In this document: positions 1 through 9,315 of the stretch, piece by piece | How positions within the stretch are numbered: the first letter of the stretch is position 1 | How the letters are laid out: the number at the start of each line of letters is the position of its first letter | Virus record (IMG/VR): IMGVR_UViG_3300020044_003994 | Coordinates: 1-57,629 of that record | Reading direction: 5' to 3' (one strand) | DNA from: a virus | Lineage: Duplodnaviria; Caudoviricetes | Length of the DNA: 57,629 nucleotides | Notes under the pieces: generated by a model | What the model saw: the letters and a program-made list of their open reading frames with translations, nothing else | The model's database searches: none | Told to the model about the DNA's origin: nothing | Translations under genes and position numbers: made by a program

Positions 1-32
1 GCAGAGGAAACCACACAAGAGGATTTATTCGC

Positions 33-440
33 ATGAATTATTTCATCGCTTGCAGCGCAACCAAGCTGCCCCACCCAGCCCCAGCCGGTGACCTGTACCA
101 AGGGCAAGCATTCAAAGCCGCCCGAGATATAGCCAAGCTGCAAGGCTTCGCCTTTTGGATTCTCTCCGCAAAGCATGGGCTAATCCACCCCGATACCATC
201 ATCGCCCCTTATGACGAGTATTTAGCCAGCATGAAACCCGCCCAGCGTAAAACCTGGGGCTTGATGGTTTGCGAACAGATCAAAACCGCACACCTGGACA
301 CCGAGCCCGCCACCATCCTAGCGGGTAAGCATTACGCCGAACCAATCGCCCACCTTTTCCCCAGCCTATCCCGCCCGCTTGCCGGTTTAGGAATCGGTCA
401 ACAACTCCGCAAGCTTAAACAACTCAAAGGAATGACATGA
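33..440 (+). CDS. DUF6884-like protein
   Basis: Motifs IACSATK, DLYQG and ILSAKHGLI..D..IAPYD; GAGGA RBS upstream. Confidence 0.6.
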   Translation: MNYFIACSATKLPHPAPAGDLYQGQAFKAARDIAKLQGFAFWILSAKHGLIHPDTIIAPYDEYLASMKPAQRKTWGLMVCEQIKTAHLDTEPATILAGKHYAEPIAHLFPSLSRPLAGLGIGQQLRKLKQLKGMT

Positions 441-622
441 ACACAATCACAGTAAACATTAAATCAAATTATGGTGCCTTGGCAGCCTATCCGGCTTGCC
501 CTAACGCTGCCCGCTTTGCTGCCCTTGCCGGAACCAAAACGCTCACCCTTGAAGCTTTGCAAACCATCAAAGCCCTGGGTTTTGAAGTGATCCAGAAAAC
601 CCCGCAAACCTTTCAACTCTAA
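437..622 (+). CDS. Small early hypothetical protein
   Basis: AAGGA RBS, ATGA overlap with the previous gene. Confidence 0.7.
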   Translation: MNTITVNIKSNYGALAAYPACPNAARFAALAGTKTLTLEALQTIKALGFEVIQKTPQTFQL

Positions 623-630
623 GGAACACC

Positions 631-903
631 ATGAACACCAAAAAACTGACATTTCACGCCGACCCCTCTCACGGCTGGTTAGAAGTAGATTTTGCCGACC
701 TTGACGCTTTGCACATCACCGCCCAAGTGAGCCGCTACAGCTACCACTCCGGCACCCGAGCCTTTTTGGAGGAAGATTGTGACGCAGGGCTTTACCTAGA
801 CGCAGCCAAGGGGCTGGGCTGGGTTGTAAACATTACCGAAAAATTCACCAATGGCGACAGCTTTGTCCGCAGATTGCCACGCTTTGAAGGGAAAGCAGAA
901 TGA
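631..903 (+). CDS. Conserved phage early protein (DPxHGWL / LEEDCDA motifs)
   Basis: AAGGA RBS; motifs typical of small phage early proteins. Confidence 0.7.
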   Translation: MNTKKLTFHADPSHGWLEVDFADLDALHITAQVSRYSYHSGTRAFLEEDCDAGLYLDAAKGLGWVVNITEKFTNGDSFVRRLPRFEGKAE

Positions 904-1223
904 TTCTCATATCTAAAACTTATCAGACCTTCACACCGGAAAGCATTGAAGCCGGTGAAGCAGAGGATTCAGGCTTTGTTTTTCAAGACGAACCCTATAC
1001 CTTTAAAGAATTGGTTCGCCTGATTCAGCATGAAGGTTTTCACGCCGCTAGCTGTTCGCCAGCAACAGGTAAAACATATGAATGGCTGGACAACTACACG
1101 GAAACCGACTACCAAACCGGAGAGGAAACAGTCTACAGCTTGCACTATTCCCACCGCAACGCACCCCGAGCCGCCAAATACTGGACGGCAGCATTCAAAG
1201 CCGCCAACATCATCAAAGGATAA
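900..1223 (+). CDS. Early hypothetical protein
   Basis: ATGA overlap, contiguous operon. Confidence 0.7.
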   Translation: MILISKTYQTFTPESIEAGEAEDSGFVFQDEPYTFKELVRLIQHEGFHAASCSPATGKTYEWLDNYTETDYQTGEETVYSLHYSHRNAPRAAKYWTAAFKAANIIKG

Positions 1224-1225
1224 CT

Positions 1226-1681
1226 ATGAACCCCAACACTATCAGCAACGCCGCCAATGTCGAATTATTTGGACACAAATCCAGCGACCCAAAACGCAAC
1301 GCACAGCAGAACCTAAACGGACGCACCCACTATGTGAGCGATGACACACTCCGCTTTTTCGGTTCTAGGATTATTTCAGCTTACCCCACCGATGACGGAC
1401 TATTTTTTAAGATTGTCGAAAGTGTAGCAACCGAACACGACAAAAGCCGCCGAGGTTTTCGGGTTGTCGTTTTTGATTTATTTGGGTGCGCCGTGTTTCG
1501 CCCCAGCTTTGACGAATGCACCAGCAGCAGCGCAGCCGCTGAAAAATACTATTTAAAGCACTACGATACCGACACCTGGAAACATTACCAAGCCGAATTG
1601 AAGACCCGAGCCGCCCGCCTTGCAGCCCAGGCAGCAGCCATGACGGAAGCCGCCGCCACGCTTGAAGGGGTGCCCGCATGA
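1226..1681 (+). CDS. Early hypothetical protein (TLRFFGSRI motif)
   Basis: Start reassigned to ATG 1226 after AAGGA RBS; C-terminal part of ORF 1082..1681. Confidence 0.7.
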   Translation: MNPNTISNAANVELFGHKSSDPKRNAQQNLNGRTHYVSDDTLRFFGSRIISAYPTDDGLFFKIVESVATEHDKSRRGFRVVVFDLFGCAVFRPSFDECTSSSAAAEKYYLKHYDTDTWKHYQAELKTRAARLAAQAAAMTEAAATLEGVPA

Positions 1682-1842
1682 TCTACATCCAACGCCGAGC
1701 CGACCGCCAGCTTGAAACAGTAGATGCATTCAGCACCATCAAGGAAGCCCGAGCCATGCTGATTGAATACCGCATTTCCGACCCTTTCGCAACCTATTAC
1801 ATGAGCCGCCGCCCATGCAATGAATGGAAACAAAGCCAATGA
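1678..1842 (+). CDS. Early hypothetical protein, 54 aa (MIYIQRRADRQLETVDAF...)
   Basis: Read by eye, below the ORF-track cutoff; ATGA overlaps on both sides. Confidence 0.65.
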   Translation: MIYIQRRADRQLETVDAFSTIKEARAMLIEYRISDPFATYYMSRRPCNEWKQSQ

Positions 1843-2129
1843 AACCCACCGACACCCCCCAATGCTATCTGTCCCACTCGCCGCATGGCTGGTGCCTGAT
1901 TTTCAGAGAATCCCCGCTTTGCGACTACAAACAAACCGCCGCCGAGGTTTTACAGGTAGCGCATCACTTCAAAGTAGAACCGCACAAAACGCATTATTGG
2001 AACGGCACAACAGGCGATTTTGAGCCCCGATCCGATGCCGATCACCACCAGCCCGAGGAAGCCGCAGCGTTTCGATTGCAGCACTCGCCAGCAGCACCGG
2101 CAGCCGACACCACCCGCCCCCTATTTTGA
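1839..2129 (+). CDS. Early hypothetical protein
   Basis: ATGA overlap at 1839. Confidence 0.6.
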   Translation: MKPTDTPQCYLSHSPHGWCLIFRESPLCDYKQTAAEVLQVAHHFKVEPHKTHYWNGTTGDFEPRSDADHHQPEEAAAFRLQHSPAAPAADTTRPLF

Positions 2130-2140
2130 AAGGTTCAATT

Positions 2141-2350
2141 ATGTATTTTGATCGGTTCGACATTTGCGAAGCTTATTTTTTGGCATTGTCCCATTGTCAC
2201 AGCGGGCAATGGTCTAGAGAATACAAAAGGCTTTGCAAACTAATGAAATATTTCAAACCCAGCCCAATGCTATCGGTTGAAACCCTCAACGAAAACGCCC
2301 GCATTATTTACGACAACGCTTGCAAGAAACTATTGAAAGGCACCCAATGA
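2141..2350 (+). CDS. Early hypothetical protein (MYFDRFDICEAY)
   Basis: AAGG RBS, ATG 2141. Confidence 0.65.
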   Translation: MYFDRFDICEAYFLALSHCHSGQWSREYKRLCKLMKYFKPSPMLSVETLNENARIIYDNACKKLLKGTQ

Positions 2351-2526
2351 ACTACACCCCAGCCGAATACATTAACGCTGGGTTTTCTTTTGAAAAAGGG
2401 AAGACCCCAGCCCAGACCCTGCGCCACATGATCGAATCAGAACACATCGATTTTAAGATCGAAGCCCGCCGCCTGATTGAGCAGGGACGAACCGAAGCCC
2501 GACTATCGGAAACCCAAAACCAATAG
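2347..2526 (+). CDS. Early hypothetical protein
   Basis: ATGA overlap. Confidence 0.6.
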   Translation: MNYTPAEYINAGFSFEKGKTPAQTLRHMIESEHIDFKIEARRLIEQGRTEARLSETQNQ

Positions 2527-2624
2527 AAAAAATTCATTAGACAGGCAGCAACACAACCCCGATACTGCCTGACAGGTTAACCCATAACCTACCTGATAGC
2601 ATCCGAACAACTGAAAGGAACACC

Positions 2625-2792
2625 ATGAACGAATACCAAATCAATGGCTTTGCAAACCGCAGGGAATACCTTGAAAGCCTTTGCGAAGAATACGACAGAA
2701 CCATTGTGTACACACTCGCCAACCTATTAGGTTCATCCGAAGATTTTGATGGGCTAGTGACAAGCCTAGAGGATTACGCCCTGGATTTGTGA
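2625..2792 (+). CDS. Small acidic early protein, 55 aa (NGFANRREYL...EDFDGLVTSLED)
   Basis: Read by eye; AAGGA RBS; not in the ORF track. Confidence 0.7.
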   Translation: MNEYQINGFANRREYLESLCEEYDRTIVYTLANLLGSSEDFDGLVTSLEDYALDL

Positions 2793-2796
2793 AGGA

Positions 2797-2839
2797 CTTT
2801 TCAAGCCCTGCGTGCAGGGTTTGGGAGGCAATTTCGCCT
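2797..2839 (+). promoter_or_regulatory. Intergenic RNA hairpin with G-U pairs plus a small second hairpin
   Basis: CTTTTCAAGCCCTGC (2797-2811) pairs with GCAGGGTTTGGGAGG (2814-2828) using G-U wobbles; AGGC..GCCT follows. Confidence 0.5.
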
Positions 2840-2854
2840 AAACAGAGGATCACC

Positions 2855-3157
2855 ATGATTACCACGATTAAAAAATCACATTACGGCACTTGGATGGCAG
2901 AAACCATGACCCCGCTAGCCGATAACCTGCACATCTGCCTGACCACCATGAAACGGCATGATGGAAACATTACCACCACCGCCAAGGTCGGGAAACAAGA
3001 TGGCATTTTCTTTGTCTACGAACCATTCAAAGATTTCAGCCAGCAGGTCATTGAATCATCCGCACGATGCACAAAGCCCGCAGTTGAACGGCAGCACACC
3101 GCAGCCATTGCCATGCTGGACAGCATCCGAACCGCAGCCCTTGCCCACCACAACTAA
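2855..3157 (+). CDS. Early hypothetical protein
   Basis: GAGGA RBS, ATG 2855. Confidence 0.65.
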   Translation: MITTIKKSHYGTWMAETMTPLADNLHICLTTMKRHDGNITTTAKVGKQDGIFFVYEPFKDFSQQVIESSARCTKPAVERQHTAAIAMLDSIRTAALAHHN

Positions 3158-3167
3158 GGACAACATC

Positions 3168-3539
3168 ATGCAAAAAACAGAACTCGACCTCTCCCACTTC
3201 ACAGGTTCAGACAAATTTTATAGATGGTCGCCCCTGACCCGATCAGTTTTGACCGATGGCACCCAATATGCAGCCGAAACCGCTGGGGCTTTTTGGTTAT
3301 TCGATGCCATTGATTCACATCTGACCACCCAGGGACTGAATGAAAACACCGAATTTGTGTGCGCCAAACTGAAAAAAGTGAGTGGTGCAGACGATGCCGA
3401 ACTGACGCTAGACGATGGCAACGGCACGATTTGGATGACCCAGTACATCCCATTCACAGATTTCCCAATGGATGAATTTAAGACCTTTGCCGTTTACAAC
3501 GGCATTGCTTGGACTCATATGCTGCCATCCGAATATTGA
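3168..3539 (+). CDS. DUF6876-like protein
   Basis: L.HFTGS..FY, LTDG..Y.AE.AGAFWL.DAI, LDDGNG, IPFTDFP, MLPSEY. Confidence 0.7.
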   Translation: MQKTELDLSHFTGSDKFYRWSPLTRSVLTDGTQYAAETAGAFWLFDAIDSHLTTQGLNENTEFVCAKLKKVSGADDAELTLDDGNGTIWMTQYIPFTDFPMDEFKTFAVYNGIAWTHMLPSEY

Positions 3540-3549
3540 AAGGTAAATC

Positions 3550-3723
3550 ATGCCCTCGTTCCTGATACACGAGACATTCATCCGAGAGTATGAAGTCGAA
3601 GCCGCAGACATTCATGCAGCTTACGAAATAGCTGTAAACGAAAACCTCACAGACTACACAGAACACAGCGAAGGTGTGACATATGTGCGTGAGGTTAATG
3701 GTTCATCTGAAATTATCATTTAA
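3550..3723 (+). CDS. Small acidic early protein, 57 aa
   Basis: Read by eye; AAGG RBS; fills the gap exactly. Confidence 0.6.
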   Translation: MPSFLIHETFIREYEVEAADIHAAYEIAVNENLTDYTEHSEGVTYVREVNGSSEIII

Positions 3724-3736
3724 AGGAAAAAATATC

Positions 3737-4255
3737 ATGCCTAACTGGTGCCAAAACTCAATGACGATCAGCCACCCCAATGCTGCCAAGATTAAAAAAG
3801 CAGCAAAAGCTTGGAACTCTGGCAAATTTTTGCAGACCATGATCCCCTGTCCCTCCGAACTGATTGAAACAGAAGCAAGCAATGCAGGAGATGACGAGAA
3901 CAAAGCCAAGATCGCAGCCAACTTAGAAAAGTATGGTTATGCCCATTGGTACGACTATCGGGTCGCTGAATGGGGTACGAAGTGGGATGTGGGGCGTGAT
4001 CCATCCTATGGTGAGGATGCCATAGTCACAAACAAATCTTTTTTTGTTGGCTTTGATAGCGCATGGTCGCCGCCCTGCGCTGCATACGCCAAGCTGAAAG
4101 CCTTGGGGTACACGATCAAAGCCTACTACTACGAGTCTGGTATGAATTTTTGTGGTCGCTGGGACGATGGTCAAGATGACTACTATGACATATCAAAAGA
4201 TGGCATACCGCAGGACATTTCTGACGAGATGGGAATAGAGGAGTATGACGAATGA
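3737..4255 (+). CDS. YubB/DUF1281 (Api92-like) ferredoxin-like fold protein
   Basis: MPNWC.N, WYD....WGTKWD, FDSAWSPP, YYESGM.FCG. Confidence 0.75.
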   Translation: MPNWCQNSMTISHPNAAKIKKAAKAWNSGKFLQTMIPCPSELIETEASNAGDDENKAKIAANLEKYGYAHWYDYRVAEWGTKWDVGRDPSYGEDAIVTNKSFFVGFDSAWSPPCAAYAKLKALGYTIKAYYYESGMNFCGRWDDGQDDYYDISKDGIPQDISDEMGIEEYDE

Positions 4256-4437
4256 GCGAACTGATCGATCTCAAGTGGGGCATCTTTGACATTCAATATG
4301 TACGCCAGGATTTGACAGACGAGCAAGCCATGTCGGTGCTTGTCTACCTCAAAGCATGGCACGACTACAAAAATGGTATCACCGATGCCACCATCCGAAC
4401 CGCAGCCAATGAACTTTTTCCAGAAAGCAAGCCATGA
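4252..4437 (+). CDS. Early hypothetical protein
   Basis: ATGA overlap; GAGGAG RBS. Confidence 0.6.
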   Translation: MSELIDLKWGIFDIQYVRQDLTDEQAMSVLVYLKAWHDYKNGITDATIRTAANELFPESKP

Positions 4438-4922
4438 AAATTGAATTAAAGGGCATCAAGTATTCAGCCTTTGCATCGCACGAAACGATCTGCTACGAGG
4501 CATCCATTTACATCGATGGGGTTCGTGTCGGGACTGTGGACAACGATGGGCATGGTGGTTCTGACAATGTACACCCCTGGGATGTGGCTGAAAGAATTGA
4601 CGAGTACGCCAAGACGCTGCCAAAAATTACCTGCGAGTGGATCGACCCAAAGACAGGCAAACCAGGAGAAATTCACCAAACCCATGAGATTATTTTTGGT
4701 GAACTGATGAACGATCACTTGATAAAAAAAGATGTAAAAAGATTTCTTGCCAGCAAGATCCTATACACAAGTAACGGCAAGCTTTACGCAACGAATGCCA
4801 AGAGTAAAGCCGAATTGCAGATCGCCTTAGCCAAACCAGACCTCAAGCAGCAGCTAAAAGCTGATGTGATTCTCAACCTTTTGCCTTTTGATGAGGCACT
4901 TAAAACCTTCAGGAGTTTTTGA
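4434..4922 (+). CDS. Conserved phage early protein (S.ET..Y.A..Y.DG....V.NDGHGG)
   Basis: ATGA overlap; recurring phage motif. Confidence 0.65.
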   Translation: MKIELKGIKYSAFASHETICYEASIYIDGVRVGTVDNDGHGGSDNVHPWDVAERIDEYAKTLPKITCEWIDPKTGKPGEIHQTHEIIFGELMNDHLIKKDVKRFLASKILYTSNGKLYATNAKSKAELQIALAKPDLKQQLKADVILNLLPFDEALKTFRSF

Positions 4923-4923
4923 T

Positions 4924-5415
4924 ATGGAAGACATACGCAAACAATGGAATGCAATTGATGTAATGAGCATCGTTTTGATGGGGGATGCCGAGCGCATCAT
5001 GTCAATGATGAATGGGTTCCATCTGGAGGGTATGGAGGTTTCCCATTTCCCTCGCATCATGGCTATGTTTCTGGTTGAGGATGGGTTGGCAGCGGATCAG
5101 CCGGACGATGTGCTTCAGAAGTATGTGGACAAAGCCATCGCCCAGATCATCAAAAACAGGGAATCGTTGAAGGACACATTCCCAATCCCCAAGCCTTTGC
5201 TGGAGGCAAAGTACAAGGGCTGCGGTAATGGAATCGTTACCATCGACAAGCAAACCCGCAAGGTGCTGGACTTTGACTACACCGATTCAAAGCTGCGCCC
5301 GATCAAAGAGCAGAACATCAGCATGACCAAGGCAGCGGGCAAGAAAATCCGTGAGGACGATGCCACGATTACCTATCGTGCGAATTTTTCTAGCTGCACA
5401 GTTTGTCTTTTTTAA
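4924..5415 (+). CDS. Hypothetical protein
   Basis: AGGAG RBS before ATG 4924. Confidence 0.6.
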   Translation: MEDIRKQWNAIDVMSIVLMGDAERIMSMMNGFHLEGMEVSHFPRIMAMFLVEDGLAADQPDDVLQKYVDKAIAQIIKNRESLKDTFPIPKPLLEAKYKGCGNGIVTIDKQTRKVLDFDYTDSKLRPIKEQNISMTKAAGKKIREDDATITYRANFSSCTVCLF

Positions 5416-5425
5416 GGGGAGGCAC

Positions 5426-5689
5426 ATGATAGAAGTCGCCGCACAGAAAACCCTGTGGTACAGCGTCCAAGGGCTTGCCAACGAGCCCCAGGGGATAACT
5501 CGCTACCTTTGTGCCGATGGTGATGGGATAGTCGCCTTGGAAGAGATAGATGGGTTCTTTAACCTTGTTGACCAAGGTACGCACATCAAGAAACTAGGTC
5601 GGGATTTGTCTAATGCTTTGCGTGTTGCAGAAAGTTATCTGCACACGAATTACAGAGCAATTTACGAAACCTGTTTGATAAATTATTGA
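5426..5689 (+). CDS. Hypothetical protein
   Basis: GGAGG RBS before ATG 5426. Confidence 0.6.
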   Translation: MIEVAAQKTLWYSVQGLANEPQGITRYLCADGDGIVALEEIDGFFNLVDQGTHIKKLGRDLSNALRVAESYLHTNYRAIYETCLINY

Positions 5690-5697
5690 GGTACACC

Positions 5698-5880
5698 ATG
5701 ATAGAAATCACCAGCCGAACGCAAGCTTTGACCCAGGCATTGATCCTTGGGCTGACCGCAAACACCGAGGAGAAAAGCGATCTGGCAATTTTGCTTGCCG
5801 TAATGATTGCCCGAGGCATGACCGAAGAGCAAATCAAAGCATCTAAAGCAGCCGCTGCCCAGATAGCGGAAGGTATGTAA
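5698..5880 (+). CDS. Hypothetical protein
   Basis: GAGGT RBS before ATG 5698. Confidence 0.55.
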   Translation: MIEITSRTQALTQALILGLTANTEEKSDLAILLAVMIARGMTEEQIKASKAAAAQIAEGM

Positions 5881-5889
5881 ACTGTGTCG

Positions 5890-6096
5890 ATGAAACAAAA
5901 ACCAGCAAAGACTTTGTTCGCCGTGTTCCTAATGGAAGATGAGGAGGGTATTGTTACCGTCCGAACCGAATATGTGGGGCAAGGCGTACATTCTTTTCAC
6001 CTGGGCATGGAGATACTGCAAGGCTTGACCATACTGGAGAAATTCTCTGAAACCCTGTATGTCGAGCCTTGCACCATGTCATCGTATAGGCAATGA
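5890..6096 (+). CDS. Hypothetical protein, last gene of the early + block
   Basis: ORF converging on the primase gene. Confidence 0.5.
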   Translation: MKQKPAKTLFAVFLMEDEEGIVTVRTEYVGQGVHSFHLGMEILQGLTILEKFSETLYVEPCTMSSYRQ

Positions 6097-6891
6097 TCGG
6101 GTCAGGCTTTGGGTGAATTTAAATAGCCCAAGCCTTTGATGTGCATCATTCGCATCCTCTCCCACCACATCACTCATCCAATAAGGTAGCCCTGTTTGCT
6201 TTGCTACCCTCTCCCCTGTCCCGCTCTCATCGTTGTCGGCAATAACATACCCTCCAAATTTCTGCGCCAGCTTGAGCATATTTCCAGCCGAAAAGCACAC
6301 ATGGATCACATAATTGCGCTTCAAGCACCGCAGCGCATGACGCAACGACAGACCTGTAGCGTACCCCTCACACAGAAAATGCTTGCCCTTGTTATCGAAG
6401 TCAAACGATGCGCCCGAACTCTTCTGCCCTGACAGAAACTTCTTTTCGCCATCCGCATCGATCACTTGGCATCCGACCAGCACCCCATCCACTCGCATCG
6501 GAATGATTAGCCTCTTGTCATTGACCCACCCCTCTTCATCAGGGAACCCCTTGGCTTTGAAGTATGGGTGCTTGCCCAGAAACGATCCATTCAGCAAATC
6601 CTTTGCCTTGATCGCTGCCTTTTCCTGCATCCGAATCTTGTCCTGCTCTGCTTTTTTCACAAGCTGGGCGTAATCCCTGCGGGCACCTTCACTGATTGAG
6701 TCAGGCTTCCATATGGAAACCTCTGTATCGGTGGCGTGGTTCTGCACAAAAGCATGGTCGCCCATGAATTTCACAGCACCATTGCGCTTCTTTGGATGAT
6801 CGACTGTGTGGTAACGTTTCCAGTATCCGATGGGTGGTGGGAAATCAATGACGATCCCATGCGCCCGACAATAATCTACCAACTCCATCAT
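6079..6891 (-). CDS. Toprim-domain DNA primase
   Basis: HPYFKAKG, CEGYATGLS, IADND..G.G, DAND Toprim motifs; start at ATGA overlap 6891. Confidence 0.85.
   Translation of the reverse strand: MMELVDYCRAHGIVIDFPPPIGYWKRYHTVDHPKKRNGAVKFMGDHAFVQNHATDTEVSIWKPDSISEGARRDYAQLVKKAEQDKIRMQEKAAIKAKDLLNGSFLGKHPYFKAKGFPDEEGWVNDKRLIIPMRVDGVLVGCQVIDADGEKKFLSGQKSSGASFDFDNKGKHFLCEGYATGLSLRHALRCLKRNYVIHVCFSAGNMLKLAQKFGGYVIADNDESGTGERVAKQTGLPYWMSDVVGEDANDAHQRLGLFKFTQSLTRSLPIR
6810..6821. repeat. GGWAACGTTWCC palindrome site 1 (in primase, WKRY frame)
   Basis: GTGGTAACGTTTCCAG. Confidence 0.85.
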
Positions 6892-8360
6892 CTTCCCTTC
6901 TTCATCTGCCGGATGTACGCCCTGATACCTTTGTCGATGAACTTGACAATCTCCTGGCTTGGATAGACAGGCTTGTCGTACAAACCCCTGGGCCATACGC
7001 CAAACTTCTCTTTGTAGACATGAGCCGCCCGACCATGCGACCATCCCTGGGTCTGGACATACCATTGCAGCATTGACCACCACTCCTGCTTATCTGCCTT
7101 GGACATGGTTCCGGTTAACTCTTGCAACTCCCCAGGCAACTCTACTACCTTGTTCTTTCGTTCCCGAACATGACCGCAATTACTGCAAGCATCCGAACTG
7201 GAGGGCCACAAAGATCCACAAGCCGGACACTTTGCCGCTTCCTTCTCTTTGTCGGTGGGTTCTGGCTTGGTTTTCTCCTTGCCATCATCCAGCTTATCCA
7301 CGCCATGCTCAAAAACATCTTCCCAATCCTGCCGGAACCGCAGGTAATTGCCGCTGTGATCCAGCCAAACGGCAAACTCTTTCCCCTCGCAGCCGCGCAT
7401 GATGCGACCCATCTGCTGTATGTGGGAGGACAAGGATTTACTAAACGGCCTAGCTGATATGCCGATCAGAACATCCGGCACATCAAAGCCTTTGGTCAGT
7501 ATGTCCGTGGCGATCAGCCCATGAATCTCTGTGTCAGGCTTGGAGAAGTCCTCAATCACATCCCGCTTGAAGGTTTCATCGTCCCTGTAGCTGACCGAAA
7601 TGAAGTTATACCCTTGCTCCGCAAACTTCCTTGCTAGGTCAGCGCCGTGGTTCACACCCGAGCAGAACACGATGGTCTTCACCGGCTTTTTGAATATCTC
7701 ATGGGTCTTCTTAATCCACTCAGCAACAATGTCGCCAGTGATCTTCATGCCCCTGGTGGTGGCTTCCTTCTGACTCCACTCGCCCGCCACCTTCTTGGCA
7801 TCGGTCATGTCGATCTCTTTGGAGATAAACACCTTCAAAGGCACAAGCACATTCTGCTCAACTAGCTGCTTGGTTGTGACTGTTGAGACAACATTGGTGT
7901 ATGTCTTGCCCAACCCCTTGGTGAATGGCGTAGCGGTCAGCCCGATCACACGGATTTCAGGGTTGTTCTTGATGAACTCCATCGTCTGCTGCCGGGTTTG
8001 ATGCGCCTCGTCAACGATCAAAAGGTTTAGACCTGGAAATTCACCCTTTCTCTCAAGGGTTTGCGCCGAACAGACCTGGATCTTTTCGTGCGGCCTGTAT
8101 CTCCAATGACCTGACTGCATCACGCCGTGGTCGATGTGATACTTCTCCAGCCTTTGACTGGTTTGATCGCACAGAATGATCCTGTCCAGCAGCATTGCTG
8201 CCCTGTTGCCCTTCTTTCGGGTGGCTTCAAGCAAAGCTATAGCCATTTCTGTTTTGCCAGCCCCCGTGGGGGCGTAGAGTATCTGAGCATTAGCACCTGC
8301 TGCAAACCCCTGGCGCAAAGCCTCCAGCGTATCGGTCTGGTAGCCTCGTAGCTCAAGCAT
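6888..8360 (-). CDS. SF2 DExH helicase (RadD/YejH-like) with C-terminal zinc ribbon
   Basis: APTGAGKT, DEAH, GLTATP, QQMGRIMR, CPAC..CSNC. Confidence 0.92.
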   Translation of the reverse strand: MLELRGYQTDTLEALRQGFAAGANAQILYAPTGAGKTEMAIALLEATRKKGNRAAMLLDRIILCDQTSQRLEKYHIDHGVMQSGHWRYRPHEKIQVCSAQTLERKGEFPGLNLLIVDEAHQTRQQTMEFIKNNPEIRVIGLTATPFTKGLGKTYTNVVSTVTTKQLVEQNVLVPLKVFISKEIDMTDAKKVAGEWSQKEATTRGMKITGDIVAEWIKKTHEIFKKPVKTIVFCSGVNHGADLARKFAEQGYNFISVSYRDDETFKRDVIEDFSKPDTEIHGLIATDILTKGFDVPDVLIGISARPFSKSLSSHIQQMGRIMRGCEGKEFAVWLDHSGNYLRFRQDWEDVFEHGVDKLDDGKEKTKPEPTDKEKEAAKCPACGSLWPSSSDACSNCGHVRERKNKVVELPGELQELTGTMSKADKQEWWSMLQWYVQTQGWSHGRAAHVYKEKFGVWPRGLYDKPVYPSQEIVKFIDKGIRAYIRQMKKGR

Positions 8361-9147
8361 TTTCCACTGCCTTCAGCTTCTTTTGCATCATTGCCACCTG
8401 CTTTTTTAGCTGGGCATTCTCAGACTGGAACATATCCCGACTCTTCTTGACTGATACCAATTCGATCTGGAGCAGACGGATTTCTTCCTTCAACTCACCG
8501 ATCATGGTGGTTGCCAAGTCCTTTTCTTCAGCCGTTCCATCAATCGTAGCTATGGCTAGCTGCTCTGATAGCTTCTCGTTCTCAGCAACCAAGGCATCCA
8601 GCATCTCCTGCTTATGGTCATAAACAGGGGCTTGCGGCTCCGGCTCCTGGGCTGGGCGGCTGGTAAAAGTGGAAACGTTACCACCTTTGGTCTTGAACTT
8701 GCGGGTTGTTTGCACCTCGCCACCTGACAATTCTTTGCGCACTTTGGCTACGAACACATGGGAAACGCCGCAATGCCTAGCGATTTCACGATCAGCCCAC
8801 TGCTTCCACTCGTGATCTTTGAGCATGATGATTACGGATTTGCGTTTGTCATCGTTGCTGGGGCGTAAGCCGTGGGCTTTGTTGGCCTTCAAGCTGTAGA
8901 GAATGGCTTCCCGCAGCGTACCTTTAACAATGTCTACGTCAATGCTGTCATTCTTCAGCTTGCGATTGGCAAAGTAGCGGTGAAAACCATCCGCTAGGTA
9001 GTATTCCACTCCATCATGAAAGACTATGACCGGGGGGAATTTGGCCCCATCTTCCATCTGCCTTGCGTAATCATCAACAGTTTCCTGGCTGATGGCTACC
9101 CGTGACTGTGTTCCCTTGTCGATGCTAATTAGTTCTATGTTAAACAT
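8353..9147 (-). CDS. ParB/Srx-fold protein with HTH and C-terminal coiled coil
   Basis: PPVIV..LADGFHR arginine-patch region; HTH DREIARHCGVSHVFVAKVR; heptad-rich C-terminus. Confidence 0.85.
   Translation of the reverse strand: MFNIELISIDKGTQSRVAISQETVDDYARQMEDGAKFPPVIVFHDGVEYYLADGFHRYFANRKLKNDSIDVDIVKGTLREAILYSLKANKAHGLRPSNDDKRKSVIIMLKDHEWKQWADREIARHCGVSHVFVAKVRKELSGGEVQTTRKFKTKGGNVSTFTSRPAQEPEPQAPVYDHKQEMLDALVAENEKLSEQLAIATIDGTAEEKDLATTMIGELKEEIRLLQIELVSVKKSRDMFQSENAQLKKQVAMMQKKLKAVENA
8671..8682. repeat. GGWAACGTTWCC site 2 (inside the ParB-like gene)
   Basis: GTGGAAACGTTACCAC. Confidence 0.85.
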
Positions 9148-9150
9148 TTT

Positions 9151-9315
9151 TTACCTTTGGTTGTTGCACATTGTCCAGCCCATCAAAAAAGCAATCCATT
9201 GGGATTGAATTCTTGGATGTTCATACTTGCTGCCAGTCCAATTTAATTGTCCTGACCTGCCCCTTGCTGCGGCCCAGCCCTCAAACGCCGCTCTTGTTCT
9301 GTGTATATTGCTCAT
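9151..9315 (-). CDS. Small protein, paralog of 9957..10109
   Basis: Read by eye: KYEHPRIQSQWIAFLMGWTM; GGAGG RBS. Confidence 0.65.
   Translation of the reverse strand: MSNIHRTRAAFEGWAAARGRSGQLNWTGSKYEHPRIQSQWIAFLMGWTMCNNQR

Noticed and set aside
6892-7083. N-terminal extension of the primase ORF
   Set aside because: Overlaps the helicase 3' end; the ATGA-coupled start at 6891 is more plausible
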